Shown here: one piece after another, positions 1 to 14,123 of the stretch | Layout: each line of letters starts with the position of its first letter | Numbering within the stretch: the stretch's first letter is position 1 | Assembly: GCF_009914755.1 (NCBI RefSeq) | Contig: NC_060940.1 | Length of the DNA: 64,000 nt | Origin: the human T2T-CHM13v2.0 reference genome, Homo sapiens | Strand: one strand, 5' to 3' | Notes under the pieces: generated by a model | Seen by the model: the letters and a program-made list of their open reading frames with translations, nothing else | Databases searched by the model: none | Told to the model about the DNA's origin: nothing | Program-made: the position numbers and the translations under genes

Positions 1-3000
1 TGATGATTCCATTCATGTCGATTTGGTGATTCCATTTGACTTCATTTGATGATGATTCCTTTCAAGTTCATTAGATGATTCCATTCGATTCCATTTGATG
101 ATGATCCCATTCGAGTCCATTCAGTGATTCCATTCGTTTCCATTCCATGATGATTCCATTCCTTTCCATTCAATGATTCCATTCGATTCCGTTTGATGAT
201 GATTTCATTCGAGTCCATTTGATGATTCCATTTGATTCCATTCGATGATGATTCCATTCGAGTCCATTCGATGATTCTATTCGAATCCATTTGATGATTT
301 CTTTTGATTATATTTGGTGATGATTCCATTGGAGTCCATTCAATGATTCCATTCGATTCCAATCGATGATGATTCCATTAGAGTCCATTTAATGATTCCA
401 TTTGATTCCAGTCTCTGATGATTACATTCGAGTCCATACGATGATTCCACTCAATTCCATATGATGATGATTCCATTTGATTCCATTCGGTGATTCCATT
501 CTATTCTATTCAATGGTGATTCCATTCGAGTACATTAGATGATTCCATTCGATTCCATTCAATGATGATTCTATTTGTGTCCCTTAGATGATTCCACATG
601 ATTCCATTAGATGATGATACTATTTGAGCCCATCCAATGATTCCCTTCGATTCCATTCGATGAGGATTCCATTCGATTCAATTCATTGGTGATTCTATTC
701 AATTCAATTCTTTGATTCCATTCCATTCCATTCGACAATGATTCCATTCGATTTCTTTCGATGATTCCACTCGATTCCACTTGACATTGATTCCATTCGA
801 TTCCATTCAATGATTCCATTTGATTCCAGTGGATGATGATTGCCATCAATTCCATTCGATCACTCCATTCTATTCCATTTGATGATGATTACATTCGATT
901 CCATTTGATGATTCCATCTGATTCTATTCGAGGATTCCATTTGATTCCATTCGATGATGATTCCATTCGAGTCCATTCGATGATTTCATTCGAGTACATC
1001 CAATGATTCCATTCGAGTCCATTAGATGATTCCATTTGATTCCATTTGAAAATGATTCTACTAGAGTCCATTCAATGACTCCATTCGAGTCCATTCAACA
1101 ATTCCATTCGACTCCATTCGATGATTCCATTCGATTCCATTTGATGGTTCCATTCGAGTCCATTTAATCATTACAGTCGAGTCCATTTGGTGATTCCACT
1201 GGATTTCTTTTGATAATGATACCATTCAATTACATTTGATGATGATCCCATTCAATTTCATTTGATGATGATTCCATTAGAGTCCATTCGATGATTTCAT
1301 TCGAGTCCCTTCATTGATTCCATCCGATTTCATTGGATGATGACTCCATTCGAGTCCATTCGATGATTCCACTCGATTCCATTAGATGACTCCATTGGAG
1401 TCCATTTGATTGTTCCATTCGATTCCATTCGATTCCTTTCGAAGATTATTCCATTTGAGTCCATTCGATGATGATTCCATTCCATTCCATTCGATGATTC
1501 CGTTTGATTCCATTCGATGATTCCCTTCGATTCCTTTCTTTGATGATTTCATTCCATTCCATTCAATGATTCCATTCGAATCTATTCCATGATGATTCCT
1601 TTCGATTCCATTCGCTGATGTTTCCGTTCATTTCCATTCGATGATGATTCCATTCGATTCCATTCATTGAGGATTCCATTTGATTCCATTCAATGATGAT
1701 TCCATTCTATTCCACTCAATGATTGCATTCAATTCCATACAATGATTATCCCATTAGAGTAAACTCAACGATTCCATTCAATACCATTCGATGATGATTC
1801 CTTTTGAGTCCATTCAATGATTTCATTCAAGTCCATTTGATGATTCCTTTCAATTCCATTCTATGATGATTCCATTCGAGTCCATTCGATGATTCCATTC
1901 AATTGCATTTGATGATTCCATTATATTCCATTCAACGGTGATTCCATTCGAGTCCATTCCATGATTCCATTAGAGTACATTTAATGATTGCTTTGTTTTC
2001 AATTCGAAGATGATTACATTGGATTCCATTCTATGATACCATTCGATTCCATTCAATGATGATTCCACTCAAATCCATTGGATGATTCCATTCGTGTCCA
2101 TTCGGTGATTTCATTAGATTCCATTCGAGGATGATTCCATTCGATTCCATTCGATGATTCCATTCAATTCCATTCGATGATGATTCCATTCCAGTCCATA
2201 TGATCATTCCATTTGATTTCATTCGATGATGATTCCATTCGATTCCATTCGATGATTCCATTCTATTCCATTCGATGATGATTCCATTCGAGTCCATTCG
2301 ATGATTCCATTCGAGTCCATTTAATGATTCCATTGGGTTCAATTCAATGATGATTACATTGGATTCCGTTCTATGATTCCATTCAATTCCATTCATTGAC
2401 AATTTGATTCCATTCGATGATGATTCCATTTGAGTTCATTCGATGATTCTATTCGATTCTCTTCGATGGTGATTCAATTCTATTATATTGGATGATTCCA
2501 TTCGATTCCATTTGATGTTGATTCAATTCGATTCTATTCGATGATGATTCCATTGGATTTCACTTGATGATTCTATTCGATTCCATTCAATGATGATTCA
2601 CTTCTCGTCCATTGGATGATTCCATTTCATTCCATTCGATGATGATTCCATTCGATTCCATTCGATGATTCCATTTGATTCCATGCGACGGTGAGCAATT
2701 CGATTCAATTCCATGATGATTCTATTTGATTCAATTAGATGATGTTTCCATTCGAATCCATTCCATGATTATTCCATTGGAATCCATTCGGCGATGATTC
2801 CATATGAGTCAATTCAATGATGATTCCATATGGGTCCGTTCGATGATAATTCCATTTGATTTCATTCGATGCTTCTATTCTATTCCAGTCGATGATGATT
2901 CCATTGGAGTCCATACGATGATTCCATTTGATTTCATTTGATGATGATTCCATTCGATGATGATTACATTGGATTCCATTCTATGATTCCATTCAATTCC

Positions 3001-6000
3001 ATTCGTTGATGATTCGATTCCATTCAATGATGATTCCATTTGAGTTCATTCGATGATTCTATTCGATTCCGTTCGATGGTGACTCAATTCTATTATACTG
3101 GATGATACCAGTCGATTCCATTTGATGATTATTCCATTGGAGTCCATTTAGTGAATCCTTTAGATTCTACTCGACGATGATTCCATTCGAGTCCATTCGA
3201 TGATACCATTCAATTCCATTCGTTGATGCTTCCATTCAAGTGCATTCGATGATATCATTCGATTCCATTTGATGATAATTCCATTTGATTCCATGCGATG
3301 ATTCTATTCGATTCCATTCAATGATAATTCCATTCAATTCAGTGATTCCTCTGGACTCCATTTGATGATGATTCCATTCAATGATTCCATTCGATTCTAT
3401 TCGAAAATGATTCCATTTGAATCCATTTGATGATGATTCCATTAGATTCCATTTGATGATTCCATTCGATTCCATTCGACGATGATTCCATTCGATTCCG
3501 TTTGATGATTCCATTCTATTCTATTCGATGATGATTCCATTCGATTCCATTCGATGATGATTGGATTCGATTCCATTGGATGATTTCATTTGATTCCATT
3601 CGTTAATGATTTCGATCAATTCCATTCGATGATTCCATTCGATTCCATTCGATAATGATTACATCCGAGTCCATTCGATGATTCCATTTTAGCCTGTTCG
3701 ATAATTCCATTTGAGTCCAACCAATGATTCCATTCATTTCCATTCAATGATTCCATTCGAGTCCATTTGATCATTCCGGTAGGGTCCATTCGATGTTGAT
3801 TCCATTGGAGTGCATTCGATGATTCCATTCGAGTCCATTTTAGGATTTGATTCGAGTCCTTTCGATGATTCCATTCGATTCCACTCGATGATGATTTCAT
3901 TCGAGTCCATTCGACACTTCCAATCGATTCCATTTGATGATTCCATTCGAGTCCAATTGATGATTCCATTCAATTCCATTCGATGATGATTCCGTACGAT
4001 ACCATTCTGTGATGATTCCATGTGATTGCATTCAATGATGATTCCTTTCGATTGCATTCGATTATGATTCATTTCGTGTTCATTCTATGGTTCCACAGGT
4101 TTCCATTCGTGTCCATTCCATTATTCCATTCTATTCCATTTGATGATGATTCCATTCGATTCCATTCATTGGTGATTCCACTCAATTCCATTCAATGATT
4201 CCATTCCATTTCTTTCAACAATGATTCCATTAGTTTCTAATCGATGATCCACTTGATTCCATTTGACGACGATTCCATTCTTGTCCATTCGATGATTCCA
4301 TTTGATTCCATATGATGATGATTCCATTCGATTCCATACCATGATGATTCCATTCGAGTCCATTCAATGGTGATTCCATTCAATTCCATTCGATGATTCC
4401 TTTTGATTCCATTCGATGATGATGGCATTCGATTCCTTTCAATCATTCCCTTTGATTCCATTCAAAGGTGATTTCATTCAAGTCCATTCGATAATTGCAT
4501 TCGATTCCATTCTATGATGATTCCATTCGAGTCCATTTGATGATTCCATTCAATTCAAGTCAATGATGATTCCATTCGATTCCATTCGATGATTCCATTG
4601 GATTCCATTCGATGATGATTCCATTCAAATCCTTTCGATAATTCAATTCAAGTCCATTCGATGATGATTCCAATCGAATCCATTCAAAGATTCCATTCAG
4701 TTCCATTCGATGATTCCCTTAGATTCCATTCGATGATTCCACTTGATTGCATTTACGATGATTCCATTCGATTCCATGTGATGATTCCATTCAATTCTAT
4801 TCAATGATGTCTCCATTTGATTCCATTCGACCATGATTGCCTTTGATTCCATTCAATGATTCCATTCGGTTCCGTTTGATGATGATTCCGTTCGATTCCA
4901 TTTGATGATTCCATTTGATTCCATTGGATGGGTCCATTCGATTACATTCGATGATTATTCCATTCGAGTGCATTAGATGATTCCATTCGAGTCCATTCGA
5001 TGATTCCATTCGATTCCATTCGATGTTGATTCTGTTCAAATCCATTCGATGATTCCACTCGATTCCATTCGTTGACTCCATTTGATCCCATTCGATGATT
5101 TCCTTTGATTCCCTTTGATGATCATTCCATTTGATTCAATTCGGTGATTTCATTTGATTCCATTCAGTGATGTTTCCATTCGACTCCATTCGATGATGAT
5201 TCCATTCGACTCCATTCGATTATGATTTCATTCAATTCCATTCGATAATGATTCCCTGCGAGTCTATTCGATGATTCCATTCGATTCCATTCAACGATGA
5301 TTTGATTCGTGTCCATTCGATGATTCCATTTGATTCCACTTGATGATGATTCCATTCGAGCCCATTTGATGATTCCATTCAATTCCATACTCCGATGATT
5401 TCTTTTGAGCCCACTCAATGCTTCCACTCGATTCCATATGATGATGACTCCATTCGATGAAATTCGATGATGATTCCATTCGCTTGCTTTCGATGATGAT
5501 TCCACTTGAGTCCGTTAGAAGATTCTATTCAATTACATTCCATGACGATTCCGTTCGAGTCCATTTGATGATTCCATTAGACTCCATTCGACGATGATTC
5601 CATTCGATGTTATTCGATGATTCCATTTGATCTCATTCGATGATGATTCCATTCAACTCCATTCGATGTTTCCATTCGAGTTCATTCTATTATTCCATTA
5701 GATTCCATTCGATGATGATTCCATTCGATTCCATTTGATGATTGCATTCTATTTCATTTGATGATGATTCCATTCGAGTCCACTCGATGATTCCATTCGA
5801 GTCCATTTAATGAATCCATTGGTTTCAATTCTATGATGATTACATTGGATTCCATTCGTTGATGATTTCATTCGGTTCCATTCAATGATGATTCCATTCA
5901 ATTCCTTTCAATGTTTCCATTCAATTCCATACGATGATGATTCCATTTGATTTGATTCGACAGTGAGCCATTCGATTCAATTCCATGATGATTCTATTTG

Positions 6001-6112
6001 ATTCAATTGGTTGACATTTCCATTCGATTCCATTCGATGATGATTCCCTTTGATTCCGTTCAAAGATGATTCCATTCTAGCCCATTCAATCATTCCATTC
6101 GATTCTATTCAA
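1..6112 (+). repeat. 6,112-bp unit, copy 1 (full length)
   Basis: Landmark TGATGATTCCATTCATGTCGATTTGG at 1 and again at 6113. Confidence 0.95.
2347..3127 (+). repeat. Diverged ~170-bp internal direct repeat within the unit (2347-2517 and 2957-3127, offset 610 bp), present in every full copy
   Basis: Both segments run ATGATGATTACATTGGATTCC..TCTATGATTCCATTCAATTCCATTC..GATTCCATTTGAGTTCATTCGATGATTCTATTCGATTC..TTCGATGGTGA.TCAATTCTATTATA.TGGATGAT without gaps. They share non-consensus bases, beyond generic monomer similarity. Confidence 0.8.
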
Positions 6113-8011
6113 TGATGATTCCATTCATGTCGATTTGGTGATTCCATTTGACTTCATTTGATGATGATTCCTTTCAAGTTCATTAGATGATTCCATTCGA
6201 TTCCATTTGATGATGATCCCATTCGAGTCCATTCAGTGATTCCATTCATTTCCATTCCATGATGATTCCATTCCTTTCCATTCAATGATTCCATTCGATT
6301 CCGTTTGATGATGATTTCATTCGAGTCCATTTGATGATTCCATTTGATTCCATTCGATGATGATTCCATTCGAGTCCATTCGATGATTCTATTCGAATCC
6401 ATTTGATGATTTCTTTTGATTATATTTGGTGATGATTCCATTGGAGTCCATTCAATGATTCCATTCTATTCCAATCGATGATGATTCCATTAGAGTCCAT
6501 TTAATGATTCCATTTGATTCCAGTCTCTGATGATTACATTCGAGTCCATACGATGATTCCACTCAATTCCATATGATGATGATTCCATTTGATTCCATTC
6601 GGTGATTCCATTCTATTCTATTCAATGGTGATTCCATTCGAGTACATTAGATGATTCCATTCGATTCCATTCAATGATGATTCTATTTGTGTCCCTTAGA
6701 TGATTCCACATGATTCCATTAGATGATGATACTATTTGAGCCCATCCAATGATTCCCTTCGATTCCATTCGATGAGGATTCCATTCGATTCAATTCATTG
6801 GTGATTCTATTCAATTCAATTCTTTGATTCCATTCCATTCCATTCGACAATAATTCCATTCGATTTCTTTCGATGATTCCACTCGATTCCACTTGACATT
6901 GATTCCATTCGATTCCATTCAATGATTCCATTTGATTCCAGTGGATGATGATTGCCATCGATTCCATTCAATCACTCCATTCTATTCCATTTGATGATGA
7001 TTACATTCGATTCCATTTGATGATTCCATCTGATTCTATTCGAGGATTCCATTTGATTCCATTCGATGATGTTTCCATTCGACTCCATTCGATGATGATT
7101 CCATTCGACTCCATTCGATTATGATTTCATTCAATTCCATTCGATAATGATTCCCTTCGAGTCCATTCGATGATTCCATTCGATTCCATTCAACGATGTT
7201 TTGATTCGTGTCCATTCGATGATTCCATTTGATTCCACTTGATGATGATTCCATTCGAGTCCATTTGATGATTCCATTCAATTCCATACTCCGATGATTT
7301 CTTTTGAGCCCACTCAATGCTTCCACTCGATTCCATATGATGATGACTCCATTCGATGAAATTCGATGATGATTCCATTCGCTTGCTTTCGATGATGATT
7401 CCACTTGAGTCCGTTAGAAGATTCTATTCAATTACATTCCATGACGATTCCGTTCGAGTCCATTTGATGATTCCATTAGACTCCATTCGACGATGATTCC
7501 TTTCGATGTTATTCCATGATTCCATTCGATATCAATCGATGATGATTCCATTCAACTCCATTCGATGTTTCCATTCGAGTTCATTCTATTATTGCATTAG
7601 ATTCCATTCGATGATGATTCCATTCGATTCCATTTGATGATTGCATTCTGTTTCATTTGATGATGATTCCATTCGAGTCCACTCGATGATTCCATTCGAG
7701 TCCATTTAATGAATCCATTGGTTTCAATTCTATGATGATTACATTGGATTCCATTCGTTGATGATTTCATTCGGTTCCATTCAATGATGATTCCATTCAA
7801 TTCCTTTCAATGTTTCCATTCAATTCCATACGATGATGATTCCATTTGATTTGATTCGACAGTGAGCCATTCGATTCAATTCCATGATGATTCTATTTGA
7901 TTCAATTGGTTGACATTTCCATTCGATTCCATTCGATGATGATTCCCTTTGATTCCGTTCAAAGATGATTCCATTCTAGCCCATTCAATCATTCCATTCG
8001 ATTCTATTCAA
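6113..8011 (+). repeat. Copy 2, a 1,899-bp hybrid unit: unit positions 1-~959 joined to ~5173-6112, with 4,213 bp absent
   Basis: Follows the unit head up to 7071, then switches to the unit tail (GTTTCCATTCGACTCCATTCG). The junction lies in TGATG at 7067-7071. The next landmark is at 8012. Confidence 0.93.
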
Positions 8012-11000
8012 TGATGATTCCATTCATGTCGATTTGGTGATTCCATTTGACTTCATTTGATGATGATTCCTTTCAAGTTCATTAGATGATTCCATTCGAT
8101 TCCATTTGATGATGATCCCATTCGAGTCCATTCAGTGATTCCATTCGTTTCCATTCCATGATGATTCCATTCCTTTCCATTCAATGATTCCATTCGATTC
8201 CGTTTGATGATGATTTCATTCGAGTCCATTTGATGATTCCATTTGATTCCATTCGATGATGATTCCATTCGAGTCCATTCGATGATTCTATTCGAATCCA
8301 TTTGATGATTTCTTTTGATTATATTTGGTGATGATTCCATTGGAGTCCATTCAATGATTCCATTCGATTCCAATCGATGATGATTCCATTAGAGTCCATT
8401 TAATGATTCCATTTGATTCCAGTCTCTGATGATTACATTCGAGTCCATACGATGATTCCACTCAATTCCATATGATGATGATTCCATTTGATTCCATTCG
8501 GTGATTCCATTCTATTCTATTCAATGGTGATTCCATTCGAGTACATTAGATGATTCCATTCGATTCCATTCAATGATGATTCTATTTGTGTCCCTTAGAT
8601 GATTCCACATGATTCCATTAGATGATGATACTATTTGAGCCCATCCAATGATTCCCTTCGATTCCATTCGATGAGGATTCCATTCGATTCAATTCATTGG
8701 TGATTCTATTCAATTCAATTCTTTGATTCCATTCCATTCCATTCGACAATGATTCCATTCGATTTCTTTCGATGATTCCACTCGATTCCACTTGACATTG
8801 ATTCCATTCGATTCCATTCAATGATTCCATTTGATTCCAGTGGATGATGATTGCCATCGATTCCATTCGATCACTCCATTCTATTCCATTTGATGATGAT
8901 TACATTCGATTCCATTTGATGATTCCATCTGATTCTATTCGAGGATTCCATTTGATTCCATTCGATGATGATTCCATTCGAGTCCATTCGATGATTTCAT
9001 TCGAGTACATCCAATGATTCCATTCGAGTCCATTAGATGATTCCATTTGATTCCATTTGAAAATGATTCTACTAGAGTCCATTCAATGACTCCATTCGAG
9101 TCCATTCAACAATTCCATTCGACTCCATTCGATGATTCCATTCGATTCCATTTGATGGTTCCATTCGAGTCCATTTAATCATTACAGTCGAGTCCATTTG
9201 GTGATTCCACTGGATTTCTTTTGATAATGATACCATTCAATTACATTTGATGATGATCCCATTCAATTTCATTTGATGATGATTCCATTAGAGTCCATTC
9301 GATGATTTCATTCGAGTCCCTTCATTGATTCCATCCGATTTCATTGGATGATGACTCCATTCGAGTCCATTCGATGATTCCACTCGATTCCATTAGATGA
9401 CTCCATTGGAGTCCATTTGATTGTTCCATTCGATTCCATTCGATTCCTTTCGAAGATTATTCCATTTGAGTCCATTCGATGATGATTCCATTCCATTCCA
9501 TTCGATGATTCCGTTTGATTCCATTCGATGATTCCCTTCGATTCCTTTCTTTGATGATTTCATTCCATTCCATTCAATGATTCCATTCGAATCTATTCCA
9601 TGATGATTCCTTTCGATTCCATTCGCTGATGTTTCCGTTCAATTCCATTCGATGATGATTCCATTCGATTCCATTCATTGAGGATTCCATTTGATTCCAT
9701 TCAATGATGATTCCATTCTATTCCACTCAATGATTGCATTCAATTCCATACAATGATTATCCCATTAGAGTAAACTCAACGATTCCATTCAATACCATTC
9801 GATGATGATTCCTTTTGAGTCCATTCAATGATTTCATTCAAGTCCATTTGATGATTCCTTTCAATTCCATTCTATGATGATTCCATTCGAGTCCATTCGA
9901 TGATTCCATTCAATTGCATTTGATGATTCCATTATATTCCATTCAACGGTGATTCCATTCGAGTCCATTCCATGATTCCATTAGAGTACATTTAATGATT
10001 GCTTTGTTTTCAATTCGAAGATGATTACATTGGATTCCATTCTATGATACCATTCGATTCCATTCAATGATGATTCCACTCAAATCCATTGGATGATTCC
10101 ATTCGTGTCCATTCGGTGATTTCATTAGATTCCATTCGAGGATGATTCCATTCGATTCCATTCGATGATTCCATTCAATTCCATTCGATGATGATTCCAT
10201 TCCAGTCCATATGATCATTCCATTTGATTTCATTCGATGATGATTCCATTCGATTCCATTCGATGATTCCATTCTATTCCATTCGATGATGATTCCATTC
10301 GAGTCCATTCGATGATTCCATTCGAGTCCATTTAATGATTCCATTGGGTTCAATTCAATGATGATTACATTGGATTCCGTTCTATGATTCCATTCAATTC
10401 CATTCATTGACAATTTGATTCCATTCGATGATGATTCCATTTGAGTTCATTCGATGATTCTATTCGATTCTCTTCGATGGTGATTCAATTCTATTATATT
10501 GGATGATTCCATTCGATTCCATTTGATGTTGATTCAATTCGATTCTATTCGATGATGATTCCATTGGATTTCACTTGATGATTCTATTCGATTCCATTCA
10601 ATGATGATTCACTTCTCGTCCATTGGATGATTCCATTTCATTCCATTCGATGATGATTCCATTCGATTCCATTCGATGATTCCATTTGATTCCATGCGAC
10701 GGTGAGCAATTCGATTCAATTCCATGATGATTCTATTTGATTCAATTAGATGATGTTTCCATTCGAATCCATTCCATGATTATTCCATTGGAATCCATTC
10801 GGCGATGATTCCATATGAGTCAATTCAATGATGATTCCATATGGGTCCGTTCGATGATAATTCCATTTGATTTCATTCGATGCTTCTATTCTATTCCAGT
10901 CGATGATGATTCCATTGGAGTCCATACGATGATTCCATTTGATTTCATTTGATGATGATTCCATTCGATGATGATTACATTGGATTCCATTCTATGATTC

Positions 11001-14000
11001 CATTCAATTCCATTCGTTGATGATTCGATTCCATTCAATGATGATTCCATTTGAGTTCATTCGATGATTCTATTCGATTCCGTTCGATGGTGACTCAATT
11101 CTATTATACTGGATGATACCAGTCGATTCCATTTGATGATTATTCCATTGGAGTCCATTTAGTGAATCCTTTAGATTCTACTCGACGATGATTCCATTCG
11201 AGTCCATTCGATGATACCATTCAATTCCATTCGTTGATGCTTCCATTCAAGTGCATTCGATGATATCATTCGATTCCATTTGATGATAATTCCAATTGAT
11301 TCCATGCGATGATTCTATTCGATTCCATTCAATGATAATTCCATTCAATTCAGTGATTCCTCTGGACTCCATTTGATGATGATTCCATTCAATGATTCCA
11401 TTCGATTCTATTCGAAAATGATTCCATTTGAATCCATTTGATGATGATTCCATTAGATTCCATTTGATGATTCCATTCGATTCCATTCGACGATGATTCC
11501 ATTCGATTCCGTTTGATGATTCCATTCTATTCTATTCGATGATGATTCCATTCGATTCCATTCGATGATGATTGGATTCGATTCCATTGGATGATTTCAT
11601 TTGATTCCATTCGTTAATGATTTCGATCAATTCCATTCGATGATTCCATTCGATTCCATTCGATAATGATTACATCCGAGTCCATTCGATGATTCCATTT
11701 TAGCCTGTTCGATAATTCCATTTGAGTCCAACCAATGATTCCATTCATTTCCATTCAATGATTCCATTCGAGTCCATTTGATCATTCCGGTAGGGTCCAT
11801 TCGATGTTGATTCCATTGGAGTGCATTCGATGATTCCATTCGAGTCCATTTTAGGATTTGATTCGAGTCCTTTCGATGATTCCATTCGATTCCACTCGAT
11901 GATGATTTCATTCGAGTCCATTCGACACTTCCAATCGATTCCATTTGATGATTCCATTCGAGTCCAATTGATGATTCCATTCAATTCCATTCGATGATGA
12001 TTCCGTACGATACCATTCTGTGATGATTCCATGTGATTGCATTCAATGATGATTCCTTTCGATTGCATTCGATTATGATTCATTTCGTGTTCATTCTATG
12101 GTTCCACAGGTTTCCATTCGTGTCCATTCCATTATTCCATTCTATTCCATTTGATGATGATTCCATTCGATTCCATTCATTGGTGATTCCACTCAATTCC
12201 ATTCAATGATTCCATTCCATTTCTTTCAACAATGATTCCATTAGTTTCTAATCGATGATCCACTTGATTCCATTTGACGACGATTCCATTCTTGTCCATT
12301 CGATGATTCCATTTGATTCCATATGATGATGATTCCATTCGATTCCATACCATGATGATTCCATTCGAGTCCATTCAATGGTGATTCCATTCAATTCCAT
12401 TCGATGATTCCTTTTGATTCCATTCGATGATGATGGCATTCGATTCCTTTCAATCATTCCCTTTGATTCCATTCAAAGGTGATTTCATTCAAGTCCATTC
12501 GATAATTGCATTCGATTCCATTCTATGATGATTCCATTCGAGTCCATTTGATGATTCCATTCAATTCAAGTCAATGATGATTCCATTCGATTCCATTCGA
12601 TGATTCCATTGGATTCCATTCGATGATGATTCCATTCAAATCCTTTCGATAATTCAATTCAAGTCCATTCGATGATGATTCCAATCGAATCCATTCAAAG
12701 ATTCCATTCAGTTCCATTCGATGATTCCCTTAGATTCCATTCGATGATTCCACTTGATTGCATTTACGATGATTCCATTCGATTCCATGTGATGATTCCA
12801 TTCAATTCTATTCAATGATGTCTCCATTTGATTCCATTCGACCATGATTGCCTTTGATTCCATTCAATGATTCCATTCGGTTCCGTTTGATGATGATTCC
12901 GTTCGATTCCATTTGATGATTCCATTTGATTCCATTGGATGGGTCCATTCGATTACATTCGATGATTATTCCATTCGAGTGCATTAGATGATTCCATTCG
13001 AGTCCATTCGATGATTCCATTCGATTCCATTCGATGTTGATTCTGTTCAAATCCATTCGATGATTCCACTCGATTCCATTCGTTGACTCCATTTGATCCC
13101 ATTCGATGATTTCCTTTGATTCCCTTTGATGATCATTCCATTTGATTCAATTCGGTGATTTCATTTGATTCCATTCAGTGATGTTTCCATTCGACTCCAT
13201 TCGATGATGATTCCATTCGACTCCATTCGATTATGATTTCATTCAATTCCATTCGATAATGATTCCCTGCGAGTCTATTCGATGATTCCATTCGATTCCA
13301 TTCAACGATGATTTGATTCGTGTCCATTCGATGATTCCATTTGATTCCACTTGATGATGATTCCATTCGAGCCCATTTGATGATTCCATTCAATTCCATA
13401 CTCCGATGATTTCTTTTGAGCCCACTCAATGCTTCCACTCGATTCCATATGATGATGACTCCATTCGATGAAATTCGATGATGATTCCATTCGCTTGCTT
13501 TCGATGATGATTCCACTTGAGTCCGTTAGAAGATTCTATTCAATTACATTCCATGACGATTCCGTTCGAGTCCATTTGATGATTCCATTAGACTCCATTC
13601 GACGATGATTCCATTCGATGTTATTCGATGATTCCATTCGATCTCATTCGATGATGATTCCATTCAACTCCATTCGATGTTTCCATTCGAGTTCATTCTA
13701 TTATTCCATTAGATTCCATTCGATGATGATTCCATTCGATTCCATTTGATGATTGCATTCTATTTCATTTGATGATGATTCCATTCGAGTCCACTCGATG
13801 ATTCCATTCGAGTCCATTTAATGAATCCATTGGTTTCAATTCTATGATGATTACATTGGATTCCATTCGTTGATGATTTCATTCGGTTCCATTCAATGAT
13901 GATTCCATTCAATTCCTTTCAATGTTTCCATTCAATTCCATACGATGATGATTCCATTTGATTTGATTCGACAGTGAGCCATTCGATTCAATTCCATGAT

Positions 14001-14123
14001 GATTCTATTTGATTCAATTGGTTGACATTTCCATTCGATTCCATTCGATGATGATTCCCTTTGATTCCGTTCAAAGATGATTCCATTCTAGCCCATTCAA
14101 TCATTCCATTCGATTCTATTCAA
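8012..14123 (+). repeat. 6,112-bp unit, copy 3 (full length, near-identical to copy 1)
   Basis: ORF landmarks are offset by exactly 8,011 from copy 1, and the copy shares variants seen only in copy 1. Confidence 0.95.

Noticed and set aside
3760-4110. More complex-looking patches (CATTCCGGTAGGGTCC, TCCGTACGA, GGTTCCACAGGTTTCC) as possible embedded elements or promoters
   Set aside because: They remain alignable to monomer phase with clustered substitutions, and the sequence gives no evidence of a regulatory role.
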